Notes: generated by a model from the sequence alone, not told the origin. 43,225 nucleotides of DNA from Candidatus Undinarchaeales archaeon (GCA_030753015.1 JASMDC010000030.1:1-43225); one strand, 5' to 3'; counted from the stretch's first letter, positions 33,871-43,101 are shown. Translations and numbers: made by a program.

Positions 33871-34662
33871 CTAGACAGGCTTCCCGAGGGAGTCCCAGTA
33901 AGTGTCGAAGATCCCGCAGAACAGGGAGACGAAGTCTGCGTTCTTTGAGAATAGCACGATGTCCTCGCCCTTGCTAATGGTGAGGCTGTCACGCGTTGCC
34001 CGCAGGAGCATGGCCATCTCGGACTTGTCGACGATCACGATGCGTGGGAGCGGGGCGTCGAGCATTCGGACATCGGCGAACCGCTTCGCCCGCTCGAGCT
34101 GCTCCGGATGTGCGATGTCGAACACGAGCATCCTGATGGGCTTCCCCTCGTCGCGGAGGCGCTGGTGGACATTGCTCTTCGACTCATAGAGCAGCATCTT
34201 CCCCAGACCCGCCTCGTTGACGGTGATGCGCACCTCGTTCTCGGTGGTGTTCATCATCTTGTCGATACGCAAGTATTTCTTGGACCTGCCATGGATGAAC
34301 CAGAACTCGGGGATGCTGGCCGACTCATCGCTCTTTGCGGCGAAGGACGCGAGCTGGGCGCGAGCGGTCTCGTGGCTCTGCTCCAGCGCATCTATCATCG
34401 AGCGCGTGTGCTCCTTGAGCGCGATGTCGGGCTCCACGGCGATGTAGCGGATGGGCTTAATGTCCTGTTTGTAGATGAACCCGCGCTTCTCGAGCATGTC
34501 GAGCGCCTCGTAGATGCGGGCCTTGGGGATCTTGAGCATGTCGTATAGGTCAGACACGGTGGCGCTCTCCCTCATCAGGAGATGGGGGTAGACGAGCACC
34601 TCGTACCGTCCAAGGCCTAGGTTGGTCATGGCGTTCAATAAGCGCTCACTTATCTTGAGCAT
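33871..34662 (-). CDS. TrmB-family transcriptional regulator
   Basis: LGLGRYEVLVY..L, IPKARIYEAL..LEKRGFI, P.RYIAVEP (TrmB wHTH); C-terminal IVIVDKSE effector domain. Confidence 0.9.
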   Translation of the reverse strand: MLKISERLLNAMTNLGLGRYEVLVYPHLLMRESATVSDLYDMLKIPKARIYEALDMLEKRGFIYKQDIKPIRYIAVEPDIALKEHTRSMIDALEQSHETARAQLASFAAKSDESASIPEFWFIHGRSKKYLRIDKMMNTTENEVRITVNEAGLGKMLLYESKSNVHQRLRDEGKPIRMLVFDIAHPEQLERAKRFADVRMLDAPLPRIVIVDKSEMAMLLRATRDSLTISKGEDIVLFSKNADFVSLFCGIFDTYWDSLGKPV

Positions 34663-34720
34663 CTAAGAGACAATATGCTGCATCACTCTTTTATTCTTTA
34701 GGCCGAGCCGACCAACCCCG

Positions 34721-35668
34721 CTACTGCTGGGCCAGCATACGTTCGACGTACGAGCGGACGTGCGGGTTGTTGTTCACGGATCGCTCGACGAGATCAGGAT
34801 TCCGCTCTGAGAACTCCTGGATTATATCGCCGTGCATCCCCAGGCCTTCCAGGCCCACTGACTGGCGCACGCTCTCCTCGAACTCGGCTCCGGCCACGAT
34901 GAGGGAGAACTGGAAGTCCGAGATGTCCACGTCCACCTTGGACAGGCCTTTAGGCGTGAGCTTGGCGACCCGCATGGAGTTCAGCCGCTTGTGTCCTTCG
35001 CCCGTATCGAGCTTCTCCACGAACTCGCCCACGTTGACACCCTCGGGCGCATAGTCCTGCCTGAGCAGCGCCTTGAACGAGATGAGGGACGTCGCGTCGG
35101 CGAAGGTCTTCTCAAGTCCGAGCTCCTCGGCGTACGTGTCGAGCAGAGCTATGGCCTTCCCGCCTATGTGGCTCCCCTGGTGCTCCTTCTTGATGGCGAA
35201 CCGCGACATCTCACCGGAGAGGTCGTCGCTGTGGACGTTGATCGCGAAAGAGCCGACCATCTCGGCGTACTCACCGGGAGCGGTCTCCTTCTCCACGACG
35301 AACCAGAGGTCGAAATTGGGGACTCGCCCACCGCCCTTGGTGAGGTAGTCCGAACCATAGAAGGACATAGTCTTGTGGTCCTTCTGGAACCTCTCGGCCT
35401 CGAAGATCGACTTGTCGCAGTGCTCCTGGTTGGAGTACACGTTGTTGTAGACATCGGCCAGACCGTCCGCATCGTCGGCCTCCCAGAGGCGCATCCGGTA
35501 GGTCTCGCCCAGATCGTTGGAGAACGTATGGGCCTCCAGTGAGGCCATGTTGACCAGGATCGTCTCTTGAGGGGACGCTATGTACAGGGTGTGGGATTCC
35601 TCCACGGAGGAATCATACGGTTCAAGAACGACCGCTTCAACAGCCCCAGGAACGAAATACATGTCCAT
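34721..35668 (-). CDS. GNAT-fold acetyltransferase-like protein
   Basis: GEMSRFAIKKEHQGSHIG acetyl-CoA motif A. Likely start ATG 35668/35662 after GGGGGG; the track's 36037 start overlaps the opposite-strand gene. Confidence 0.7.
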   Translation of the reverse strand: MDMYFVPGAVEAVVLEPYDSSVEESHTLYIASPQETILVNMASLEAHTFSNDLGETYRMRLWEADDADGLADVYNNVYSNQEHCDKSIFEAERFQKDHKTMSFYGSDYLTKGGGRVPNFDLWFVVEKETAPGEYAEMVGSFAINVHSDDLSGEMSRFAIKKEHQGSHIGGKAIALLDTYAEELGLEKTFADATSLISFKALLRQDYAPEGVNVGEFVEKLDTGEGHKRLNSMRVAKLTPKGLSKVDVDISDFQFSLIVAGAEFEESVRQSVGLEGLGMHGDIIQEFSERNPDLVERSVNNNPHVRSYVERMLAQQ

Positions 35669-35726
35669 CCAGCCCCCCACAGGGAACGCCCCTGCGATGG
35701 TAACACATCCGGCGGCCCCGTGGCCG

Positions 35727-35780
35727 GTATATAAGCCTTTTGATTTTCCTCCGGTCACCGGTGGAACGAGCTTTATAAAC
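35727..35780. promoter_or_regulatory. Divergent TATA boxes
   Basis: GTATATAAG (minus CTTATATAC) at about 35727-35735 and CTTTATAAA at 35771-35779, the latter about 28 nt upstream of ATG 35807. Confidence 0.6.
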
Positions 35781-35806
35781 AGGGTCATATTGGACCGATA
35801 CAGGAC

Positions 35807-36436
35807 ATGGAAGGGGACGATATCCTGGGGACGTGTATCGACGGTGTCTACACACGCCGCTCCTCGGAGCTCGACGGGTACGCAGAGGGTATTTTCCTTG
35901 GTGACTACATGGCCGATCTTGCCCGGAAGCTCGGTGAGGAGGGGAAAAAGCAGCTTCCAGACCTCCTCGATGGAAAGATCGACGAAGACGAGGCCTATGA
36001 ACGCACTATCTCGTCCTTCATCGGTCTGTACGAGCACTGTGGAGAAACGATACTAGAGCAGATGGTCTCATACATCAAGCCCCATGTCCACAATCCGGCG
36101 GTCAAGGCCTTCGCTCTGGCCGAGCTCACGTTCAACACCTACGTCATCCGCACCTACGAGCGGGCCCTTGACGCCCAGCCCGAAGCGGCCTGCGACGACC
36201 TCTTCCTTGACGACGACATCTACTGCGCGATCATGTCCATCGAGGGGGACATCGATACCTACGAATCACTTGTTGAGCAACGGGACCAGGCCTCGCGTGG
36301 ATTCATCGACATGGTTGTCGAGGAGGCCGGGTACTTGCGAGGACGCATCATCAAGGTGCCGCTCACCACCATCCTCGTCGACCGCCCCGGCGAGCGTGAA
36401 GAGGATCTCGTTCGGCGGATGCGGTCCCCCGCCTAG
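35807..36436 (+). CDS. Hypothetical acidic helical protein
   Basis: Host-like codon usage, TATA box at the expected spacing, convergent 4-nt overlap with the DUF523 gene. Confidence 0.75.
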   Translation: MEGDDILGTCIDGVYTRRSSELDGYAEGIFLGDYMADLARKLGEEGKKQLPDLLDGKIDEDEAYERTISSFIGLYEHCGETILEQMVSYIKPHVHNPAVKAFALAELTFNTYVIRTYERALDAQPEAACDDLFLDDDIYCAIMSIEGDIDTYESLVEQRDQASRGFIDMVVEEAGYLRGRIIKVPLTTILVDRPGEREEDLVRRMRSPA

Positions 36437-37035
36437 TCCTCAAGGAGCCTTGTGATATCCTCGACGGTGAGGACCTCTATGTTGTTCCGCTCCAGGAGAG
36501 TGGCTGCTACTCCCCGGCCCGGGACCACCTTTCCCTTGAACGTCCCGTCGTGGATGTTCTTCGGTCCGCATGCAGGGCTCCGGTCCATGAGGACCGCTGT
36601 CCTCGCCCCCACGGCCTTGGCCACCGCGAGCGTCTGCAAGGACCCCCGCATGTAGGGTTCTGTCACGTCGTCCCCGATCTTCGTGAGCACTTGTGCGACG
36701 CCCCCGACCACGTGGTCACCGTTCCTGCCCGGCTCGATCTCGGAAGGTAGATGGGGGATCGGCAGCCCGCCTAGGGACTCGGGGCAGGCGAACACCAGAA
36801 CATACCGCCGGGCGAGGCGGGCGATGGCAGGATCGTATCGAGCGGTACCGTCGTAGCGCGTGGGGCAGCCCCCCAGGCATGCGCTCACCAGCACGACATC
36901 CTTCTCGACCGGACCGGTCAGTCCCTTCCATGCTACGAGGTCGATAGTGTGCGCGAATTCGGGCCCGCCCTCGTACACAGGGATGAGCTTGTCATTCCCC
37001 GCGTACCAGTGACCGAGGACCTCTCCGGTCCTCAC
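36433..37035 (-). CDS. DUF523 / 2-thiouracil desulfidase-family Fe-S protein
   Basis: VLVSACLGG.PTRYDG, CPESLGGLPIP, GDDVT..Y..G, RSPACG...DGTF.G..VPGRGV; GTG 37035 overlaps the ogg stop. Confidence 0.87.
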   Translation of the reverse strand: MRTGEVLGHWYAGNDKLIPVYEGGPEFAHTIDLVAWKGLTGPVEKDVVLVSACLGGCPTRYDGTARYDPAIARLARRYVLVFACPESLGGLPIPHLPSEIEPGRNGDHVVGGVAQVLTKIGDDVTEPYMRGSLQTLAVAKAVGARTAVLMDRSPACGPKNIHDGTFKGKVVPGRGVAATLLERNNIEVLTVEDITRLLED

Positions 37036-37682
37036 TTGAATACCTCGCCCGTGGCCCGTGCCCAGAACACAAGGTCCATGTGGTCCAGAGGTATGCCCTC
37101 GCGTTCGGCGAAAGCGGCCATCTTGCGCTCGATTGACAGGTACCGACGCGGGGTGAGCGTCTTGGGGATCTCGGCGATTACTTCCAGCTCCTTGAGGCAG
37201 CGCAGGATATGGCGGTCGAGGATGGCCAGGTGCGCTCCCATGCCCAGGTTGCGCAGGAGGTGACCTGATTCCTTGTAGCCGAGCCCCTTCACGTGCTCGA
37301 CCAGCCACTCCCGTGCGTCCTTTGGATCCTTGAACCGGCCGAGCACGGTACGAACGGACAGCCTACCCTCCGGTGCGAAGAGCAAGCGGGCGGCCACGAC
37401 CCGGCGTGCCTTGGTATGATGGAAGCGCACACCGGTGCTCGCCAGTGCCGCGGCCACGTCCTCAGCGGCACCTGTAAGGAGCAGGCCCATGTCATCCAGG
37501 GCGCAAGCAGCGTCCCAACAGGCGCGACCCTTCGACTGGGGGGTGAGCAGACAGAACACGACCTCGCGGAACAGCTCTTCCTCGGAGGCGCTCTCCCATT
37601 GATCGCGGAATCCGTGCAGACGCTCTTCGATGGTCGGACGGAGGGTGTGGTGGAGCTCGTGGATGTCGATCAAGGAGAGCAC
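37032..37682 (-). CDS. ogg: 8-oxoguanine DNA glycosylase/AP lyase, archaeal/Thermotoga type
   Basis: ELFREVVFCLLTPQS, GVRFH..KA, AREWLV..VKGLGYKE..H.LRN.G (HhH with catalytic Lys), AILDRHILR, C-terminal GEVFK. Confidence 0.92.
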   Translation of the reverse strand: MLSLIDIHELHHTLRPTIEERLHGFRDQWESASEEELFREVVFCLLTPQSKGRACWDAACALDDMGLLLTGAAEDVAAALASTGVRFHHTKARRVVAARLLFAPEGRLSVRTVLGRFKDPKDAREWLVEHVKGLGYKESGHLLRNLGMGAHLAILDRHILRCLKELEVIAEIPKTLTPRRYLSIERKMAAFAEREGIPLDHMDLVFWARATGEVFK

Positions 37683-38564
37683 CTATCGGTCGATGGGAAG
37701 TGCACCGGTCCGCACGGCATCGAGCCGCTCCCGGTTCTCCCCCTCCCAGGGCACACGTATGCCCCGCTCGTCGAGCACGGCGTCGATCAGCACCAGATGA
37801 TGGGCGAAACCAACCGGTCCATTAGCGAGCTTCGAGATCGGGACGACCAGTGCGTGAGATGCATCGTCGCCGGGCGAGATCCGGGCGGCCAGCCGCTCGG
37901 ACGGGCCGTCCAGCTCCAGCACGAAGAGGGACGTGCGCACGGCTCCTCGCGGGAACCGTGGATCGTCCCAGCCGTCCATGACCCGCTCAAGATAAATCGC
38001 ACTTATCACGGGGCCGTCGGGCTCGAGCGACACCTCCTGCTCGATGGACCCGAAGGTGGCGGACCTGCGGGCGAGCTCGTCCAGTGAGAGCACGGCAAGC
38101 TCTCGATCGCGAGGGTAGAGCACGAGCCCTGTCTCCTCGGCGAGCTCCCGGACCGCGGCCTCCTGGGGTGGTTCACGGTACTCGACGAAGCCACCGGGAA
38201 GGGCCAGCATCCCCTCGTACGGCGGGCGGCCACGCCGGATGAGGAGCACCGCGGGCTCCTCGCCATAGCACTTGGTGAGCACGAGGACGTCCACGGTCTC
38301 TGCGTTCCTCCGGAACTCAAGGACCATCGGAATGACCGGACAACACCCGTCCACCGGCTCGCCCAGGCAGACGAGCTCGCACCCGGCAGGCAGGGCCGCA
38401 GCAACGTCCCGGGCAAGGTCCGCGTTCCCTTCGGACCGGACCATGATGGGAGGTCCTGAGGCCACCGCCCGCTGCCCGGGCGGGACGTCCACCGGGTCGA
38501 GCACTGGCTCTTCGTCCCCCGTCACCACGCGATGGACATGGAGCTCGACGCACTCAGAATCCAT
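37683..38564 (-). CDS. Nudix hydrolase with N-terminal extension
   Basis: VLLIRRG..PY.G..ALPGGFVEYREPPQEAAVRELAEETGL Nudix box; DDPR, GDDA; likely start ATG 38564. Confidence 0.85.
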   Translation of the reverse strand: MDSECVELHVHRVVTGDEEPVLDPVDVPPGQRAVASGPPIMVRSEGNADLARDVAAALPAGCELVCLGEPVDGCCPVIPMVLEFRRNAETVDVLVLTKCYGEEPAVLLIRRGRPPYEGMLALPGGFVEYREPPQEAAVRELAEETGLVLYPRDRELAVLSLDELARRSATFGSIEQEVSLEPDGPVISAIYLERVMDGWDDPRFPRGAVRTSLFVLELDGPSERLAARISPGDDASHALVVPISKLANGPVGFAHHLVLIDAVLDERGIRVPWEGENRERLDAVRTGALPIDR

Positions 38565-38617
38565 TGAGCGGCAGGTATGTCGAAGGTTTTTATACTTGCG
38601 CACGTCAGACGAGGCTG

Positions 38618-39235
38618 ATGAGCCGGAAGGCAATGCTCGGGCGTCGTGTCCTCTCGGACCTCGGCCGGGCCGTGATCGTGTTCTTCCTAATCGGTGTGTT
38701 CGCACAGAGCGTTCTCGCCGATCTGCTCATCGTAACCATGTTCTACTATGTGCTCCGGGCGGTGTTCCGGTCGTTCGTGCTGGCGACAAACCTGCTCACG
38801 GACGAGGATGAGGCGGGGCCCTTGGACGGCATCATCCCTTCACCCGTAGATCAGAACGAGATGGAGGACCTCGCCAAGGCCCTGCTGCACGAGGGGGAGT
38901 TCGAGGAAACGCTCGACCTTCTGGACAAGGCGCTCGAGGCGGACCCCACCGATGCCAAGCTCTACCTGCTGCGAGGGATGACCCTTCGACATCTGGCCGA
39001 GGACGGCGGTTCGGACGAGCTGGTGCGCAGCGCCATCCGCGACCTCCAGTCGGCCATGGTGCTCTCCCGCTCCATCGCCTCCATCCCACAGACGGACCTG
39101 CTCGTGGGCAGGCTCTTCGCCAGGCTCGGGGAGAAGGCCAAGGCACGTCGCCACTTACAGCGTGTGCTCGCTCACAGCGATGCACCGGAGCACGTGCTCG
39201 AAGAGGCGAGACGCACGACAGCATCGCTGTCGTGA
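38618..39235 (+). CDS. Membrane-anchored TPR-repeat protein
   Basis: Two N-terminal TM helices; LAKALLHEGEFEE...KALEADP.DA.LY TPR pattern; TTTTTATA box about 23 nt upstream of ATG 38618. Confidence 0.78.
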   Translation: MSRKAMLGRRVLSDLGRAVIVFFLIGVFAQSVLADLLIVTMFYYVLRAVFRSFVLATNLLTDEDEAGPLDGIIPSPVDQNEMEDLAKALLHEGEFEETLDLLDKALEADPTDAKLYLLRGMTLRHLAEDGGSDELVRSAIRDLQSAMVLSRSIASIPQTDLLVGRLFARLGEKAKARRHLQRVLAHSDAPEHVLEEARRTTASLS

Positions 39236-39251
39236 GGTCCGCGCGAGCCGC

Positions 39252-40514
39252 TCAGGCCGTTGCCCAGTCCGCTTCGTAGTCGCCGTACTCTACCTCGTCG
39301 TTGAACGCATAGAGCGGATTCCAGTCGGTGTGTGACTCGTAGAAGGCGTCCCGCTCAACGAGACTGTCGTAGTCCACCACGTATCGAGTGCCGTCGATGT
39401 CCGTCTCCAGCCAGGCATGACCGCCCTCGTTGTTGGGCTGGGTGAACCCCACGACGACCATGGACGGATTCCCCCGGGCGATGAGGATGGACGAGGCGGT
39501 CAGGGCGTAGTCCTCGCAGTCACCCACCCTGCCGTTGGCCAGGTAGTTATCGGGATTGATCCAGTAGTCGGACTCGTTGAACTGGTCGATGTCACGCTCG
39601 TAGCGCTGGAACAGGTCGGTGCCGTCGGCGAGCCGGAGCTCGTCGTTCTCGATCTCCAGCCGGTTCGCATACCCCAGGACCACCGGATCGTCGGGATCCA
39701 CGTACTCGTGGGCGTCACGGGCATGCAGGAGCAGGCCCGAGGACGAGGAGCTGTAGTCGCGGAGCGCAGGGCTCCCGTCCAGGTTCCCGTCACCGTCATG
39801 GTCCGCGTCCCGCGGGTAGAGGTCGAAACCGTCCATGAGGCCGTCGCCGTCGCTGTCGGTGCTGTCCGGGTTCGGGTCCTCCCCGTCGATGAGAAGGTCG
39901 TTGTCGCAGTCGGGGTTGTATATGCATGCGTTCGTTTCGTCACCATCGAGCAGGCCGTCGCCGTCCACGTCAGGGTTCTCCAGGTCGGGATCCAGACCAT
40001 CGAGCAGACCGTCCGCGTCATGGTCCGCCTCGGAGATATAGGGATCAGCACCATCGAGCAGGCCGTCGCCGTCCACGTCAGGGTTCTCCATGTCGGGATC
40101 CTTTCCATCGAGGAGGCCGTCATTATCGTAATCGGACCGCGTGGGGTATGGATCGGCCATGTCACCGATGCCGTCACCGTCGGTGTCCGGGTTCCCGCTG
40201 TCAGGGTCGAGGCCGTCGAGGAGACCATCTCCGTCGGCGTCCGGATTCAGAGCCGCCGGGTCCGATCCGTCCATGATGCCATCGCCGTCCGAGTCGGGGT
40301 TCAGGAGCTTGGAGCCGCCTAGGAGCTCGCTCATGTTGGATGCCCCGTCCTTGTCGAAGTCGGCGGTGGCGAGGTAGCCCGCTCCCAGCACTCCACCCAT
40401 CACCGCGCCGAAGGTCAGATGTCTCCTGTCCAGATCATTGGTACCGCTGTAGCCCTCCACCAGTTCGGACCTTCGTTCCCCGTCCGACTCCAGTTCGATC
40501 TCGCGCTTGTACAT
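39252..40514 (-). CDS. Transglutaminase-like cysteine protease with a long Asp-rich Ca-binding (TSP3-like) repeat region; paralogue of 31613..32671
   Basis: About 10 PD.DGDGL.DG.D repeats; DYWINP...GDCEDYAL, GGHAWLE, VVD triad. Confidence 0.83.
   Translation of the reverse strand: MYKREIELESDGERRSELVEGYSGTNDLDRRHLTFGAVMGGVLGAGYLATADFDKDGASNMSELLGGSKLLNPDSDGDGIMDGSDPAALNPDADGDGLLDGLDPDSGNPDTDGDGIGDMADPYPTRSDYDNDGLLDGKDPDMENPDVDGDGLLDGADPYISEADHDADGLLDGLDPDLENPDVDGDGLLDGDETNACIYNPDCDNDLLIDGEDPNPDSTDSDGDGLMDGFDLYPRDADHDGDGNLDGSPALRDYSSSSSGLLLHARDAHEYVDPDDPVVLGYANRLEIENDELRLADGTDLFQRYERDIDQFNESDYWINPDNYLANGRVGDCEDYALTASSILIARGNPSMVVVGFTQPNNEGGHAWLETDIDGTRYVVDYDSLVERDAFYESHTDWNPLYAFNDEVEYGDYEADWATA
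39941..40101. repeat. Near-exact intragenic direct repeat (53 bp, 108-bp period)
   Basis: caccatcgagcaggccgtcgccgtccacgtcagggttctcca(g/t)gtcgggatcc at 39941 and 40049, encoding DPD[LM]ENPDVDGDGLLDG. Confidence 0.85.
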
Positions 40515-40520
40515 GGTCGC

Positions 40521-41345
40521 TCACTCCTCCGGTAATACCTCGCCCTGAGGCGGATCTAAGTAGCGCTCCCTGATCTGGTTAGCAATGAACATGAAGGCGC
40601 GGGGGATCCCGCCCACGAAGTAGTCCAGGTACCTGTGGACCTTGGTGCCGAACCGGTCGTTCACCGCAGGCTTGTGGCCCTCGGACTTCCGGTCCCTGAT
40701 GTTCTGGAGGAAACCGTCCACGGTGTGTGTCTCGGGCATCACGGTGAGGCCGGTGCCCAGCGACCATGCATAGTGCGCATCCGAGCCGCCCAGGCGGGCC
40801 AGCTGGTACTTGTCCGCCAGCGCCGAAGCCAGCTCGTTGGCGTTCCCGGGGAAGAGCACGGAGGAGTTGTACACCTCGATCCCGTCCAGGAGCGCGAGCT
40901 CCGCCTCCTCGATGTTATCCAGGTCGAAAGGATCCTGGGTGCCAAGATTGGCGGAGTAGGGGTGCGCCGCCACGGCCACGCCACCCTGGGCGTGGATGCG
41001 CTCGGTGGTCTCGGTCAGGGGGAGTCCGGCGGGGAGCTCCTCACGGATGCCGTAGGCTAGCACGTGGCCCGCGCCCGAGGACACCTCGGAGGCGGGGATG
41101 ATCATGAAGTCGTCGTACTTCGCGGCCTCGGCGCACGCCCGCTCGTACGAGTCGGTGGAGTCGTGGTCCGTGATGGCGATGCCCGAAAGTCCCAGCTCGT
41201 AGGCGGTCCGTACCATGGTCTCGGGGCTCCTCAGTCCGTCCGAGTACTGCGTGTGCGAGTGGAGGTCGTAGACGCTCTTCCCCTGCGCCCTCAGCGAGGC
41301 GATTTCTTGATGTAGCGAAAGCTCTTCAAGATCAAGCATACCCAC
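40521..41345 (-). CDS. PHP-domain metal-dependent phosphoesterase
   Basis: DLHSHT.YSDG, ITDHD, E, GHVLAY, AHPY, IEVYN, GGSDAH. Confidence 0.9.
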   Translation of the reverse strand: MGMLDLEELSLHQEIASLRAQGKSVYDLHSHTQYSDGLRSPETMVRTAYELGLSGIAITDHDSTDSYERACAEAAKYDDFMIIPASEVSSGAGHVLAYGIREELPAGLPLTETTERIHAQGGVAVAAHPYSANLGTQDPFDLDNIEEAELALLDGIEVYNSSVLFPGNANELASALADKYQLARLGGSDAHYAWSLGTGLTVMPETHTVDGFLQNIRDRKSEGHKPAVNDRFGTKVHRYLDYFVGGIPRAFMFIANQIRERYLDPPQGEVLPEE

Positions 41346-41454
41346 GGTCCCCTGTACCCATTTTTCGGCAGTTCAGGGCGTATATATACTTTGCGGTAGT
41401 AACGCACGATTCCCTTGTTTGGAATGGCATGCGGGGGATTAGGTGAGAGTGCTT

Positions 41455-42552
41455 TTACCGATAGTTCAGGCGGTCCACCCGGTCCCGCCACATCAGACGG
41501 TAGCAGAGCTCGTACTCCTCCTGGGAGGGGAGGCGGTTGCACAGATCGACGTCCTGCTTGTCCCGGGCGACGTCGTACACGCACCGTGCGCGGATCGTCG
41601 CTTCTGTCGCGCCCAGGCAGAGCTCCAGCTGACGGGCTATATGGGGCGGGTCCTTTTCCCCGCCGGGCCTGTACCAGCCGAAGAGGAGGACTAGCGCGAG
41701 GAGCGCCACTATGGCGATGGTGCCGGCGACGAAGAACGTCTCCATATTCGTGAGGATATGTACTTTCTCGCGCTTCCCCGTTGGGAGCTCCTCCTCCGGC
41801 CTGCCGAAGACCGTCATGAGTATACGGTCCAGTCGCTGCGTGTACTCCCGCCGCAACTGCGCCCGGTCGTCGGCGTCAAGGGACATGGAATAGAACGATT
41901 GGTGGTTCTCGTCCAGGGCCCGCTTGATTATATAGATCAGGTAGATGACGCCCACTACGTAGGCGATCCCGAGGATCTTGAAGGCCGCCCAGAAGAGGCG
42001 GACCACTTCTGGGATGACGATGAACGTGCCTGCTGCGAAGAAGATGAGGGCGCGCCACGTCGTGTGGAGGCGGTCCAGCCTGCGCCAGCGACGGATGTAG
42101 AGGTCACGAACGATGTAGACGACCATTATGGCCACGAACACTGTCGCCCGAACGGCCACCAAGCGGACGCGGAGAAGGGGGTTCGGGCACGGCTCGATAT
42201 TGTTGGTAGCGCAGAGCGAAGTGAGGACAAATCCGGCCAGAAGGCACATCACCGCGAGGAAGGAGTAGAATGCTATGTTGGAGATGAAGGCGTTGAGGGC
42301 CATCTGGATGGCATGGGAGCAGCGTCTCGACCGGGTCGCCCATACCGTCTCGGCGTCCATTCCCTCGAGCTTGATCTCGGGATAGGCCACGAGGGCGGCC
42401 GTGCGCATGTCCAGTGTCAAGTCCCAGAAGGCCAGCGTGAAGAGCAGCCCCCACACCAAAGGATAATCGGTGAGGAAGGCCGCTACGATGATTACGAGCT
42501 TGAGGAATGGCTTGAATGCGGGCGGTGTGTCGATGACTGATCGGTGTTCCAT
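41455..42552 (-). CDS. Hypothetical multi-pass membrane protein with a C-terminal Cys repeat
   Basis: About 6-7 hydrophobic helices; RARCVYDVARDKQDVDLCNRL...YELCY tail; likely start ATG 42552. Confidence 0.72.
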   Translation of the reverse strand: MEHRSVIDTPPAFKPFLKLVIIVAAFLTDYPLVWGLLFTLAFWDLTLDMRTAALVAYPEIKLEGMDAETVWATRSRRCSHAIQMALNAFISNIAFYSFLAVMCLLAGFVLTSLCATNNIEPCPNPLLRVRLVAVRATVFVAIMVVYIVRDLYIRRWRRLDRLHTTWRALIFFAAGTFIVIPEVVRLFWAAFKILGIAYVVGVIYLIYIIKRALDENHQSFYSMSLDADDRAQLRREYTQRLDRILMTVFGRPEEELPTGKREKVHILTNMETFFVAGTIAIVALLALVLLFGWYRPGGEKDPPHIARQLELCLGATEATIRARCVYDVARDKQDVDLCNRLPSQEEYELCYRLMWRDRVDRLNYR

Positions 42553-42819
42553 GGTCAGTATGCGGGATCGGTCGTGCCCGCGTGGAGGCGTTAACGTACA
42601 CTTATTATTAAATCCCGGTGGTCTGCCCAAGGAATCGTGGGAGGTCATTTCCGCTGAGCGACTCATCGCGCTCATAGGAGGCTTTCTCCGTATTCTAGCC
42701 ACCAATGTCAGGGGCAATGCCAATATGGACGATGACCGTCGCCAAAAGGTCCGCGACGTGAGCGCTCACCGGAGCGTTTTTTAAGTTTCGCCTCCTTTTC
42801 CGGTACCGAGGTCACGACC

Positions 42820-43101
42820 ATGGTTACGCAGGTACGCGCGAGCCACATCCTCGTGAAGAACGAGGACGAGGCGAAGAAGATCAAGGAGCTCATCGACAAC
42901 GGGAAGAACTTCGGCGAACTGGCCAAGCAGAACTCCACCTGCCCCTCCGGCAAGAAGGGGGGCGATCTTGGATGGTTCAAACATGGCCAGATGGTGCGGC
43001 CTTTCGAGAAGACCGCCTTCAACATGAAGAAGGGCCAGGTCTCCGAGCCGGTGAAGACCCAGTTCGGCTGGCACATCATCAAGCTGGTCGACACCAAGTA
43101 G
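42820..43101 (+). CDS. ppiC: Parvulin-type peptidyl-prolyl cis-trans isomerase
   Basis: VRASHILV, F.ELAK..S.CPS...GGDLGWF..GQMV.PFE..AF, PVKTQFGWHII; TTTTTAAG box and GAGGT upstream. Confidence 0.95.
   Translation: MVTQVRASHILVKNEDEAKKIKELIDNGKNFGELAKQNSTCPSGKKGGDLGWFKHGQMVRPFEKTAFNMKKGQVSEPVKTQFGWHIIKLVDTK

Noticed and set aside
35669-36037. N-terminal extension of the GNAT ORF
   Set aside because: Crosses the divergent TATA region and overlaps the plus-strand gene at 35807.
39760-40300. Regularly spaced DNA repeats as a possible CRISPR array
   Set aside because: They are in-frame codons of DGDG Ca-binding protein repeats, degenerate at third positions; no cas genes.
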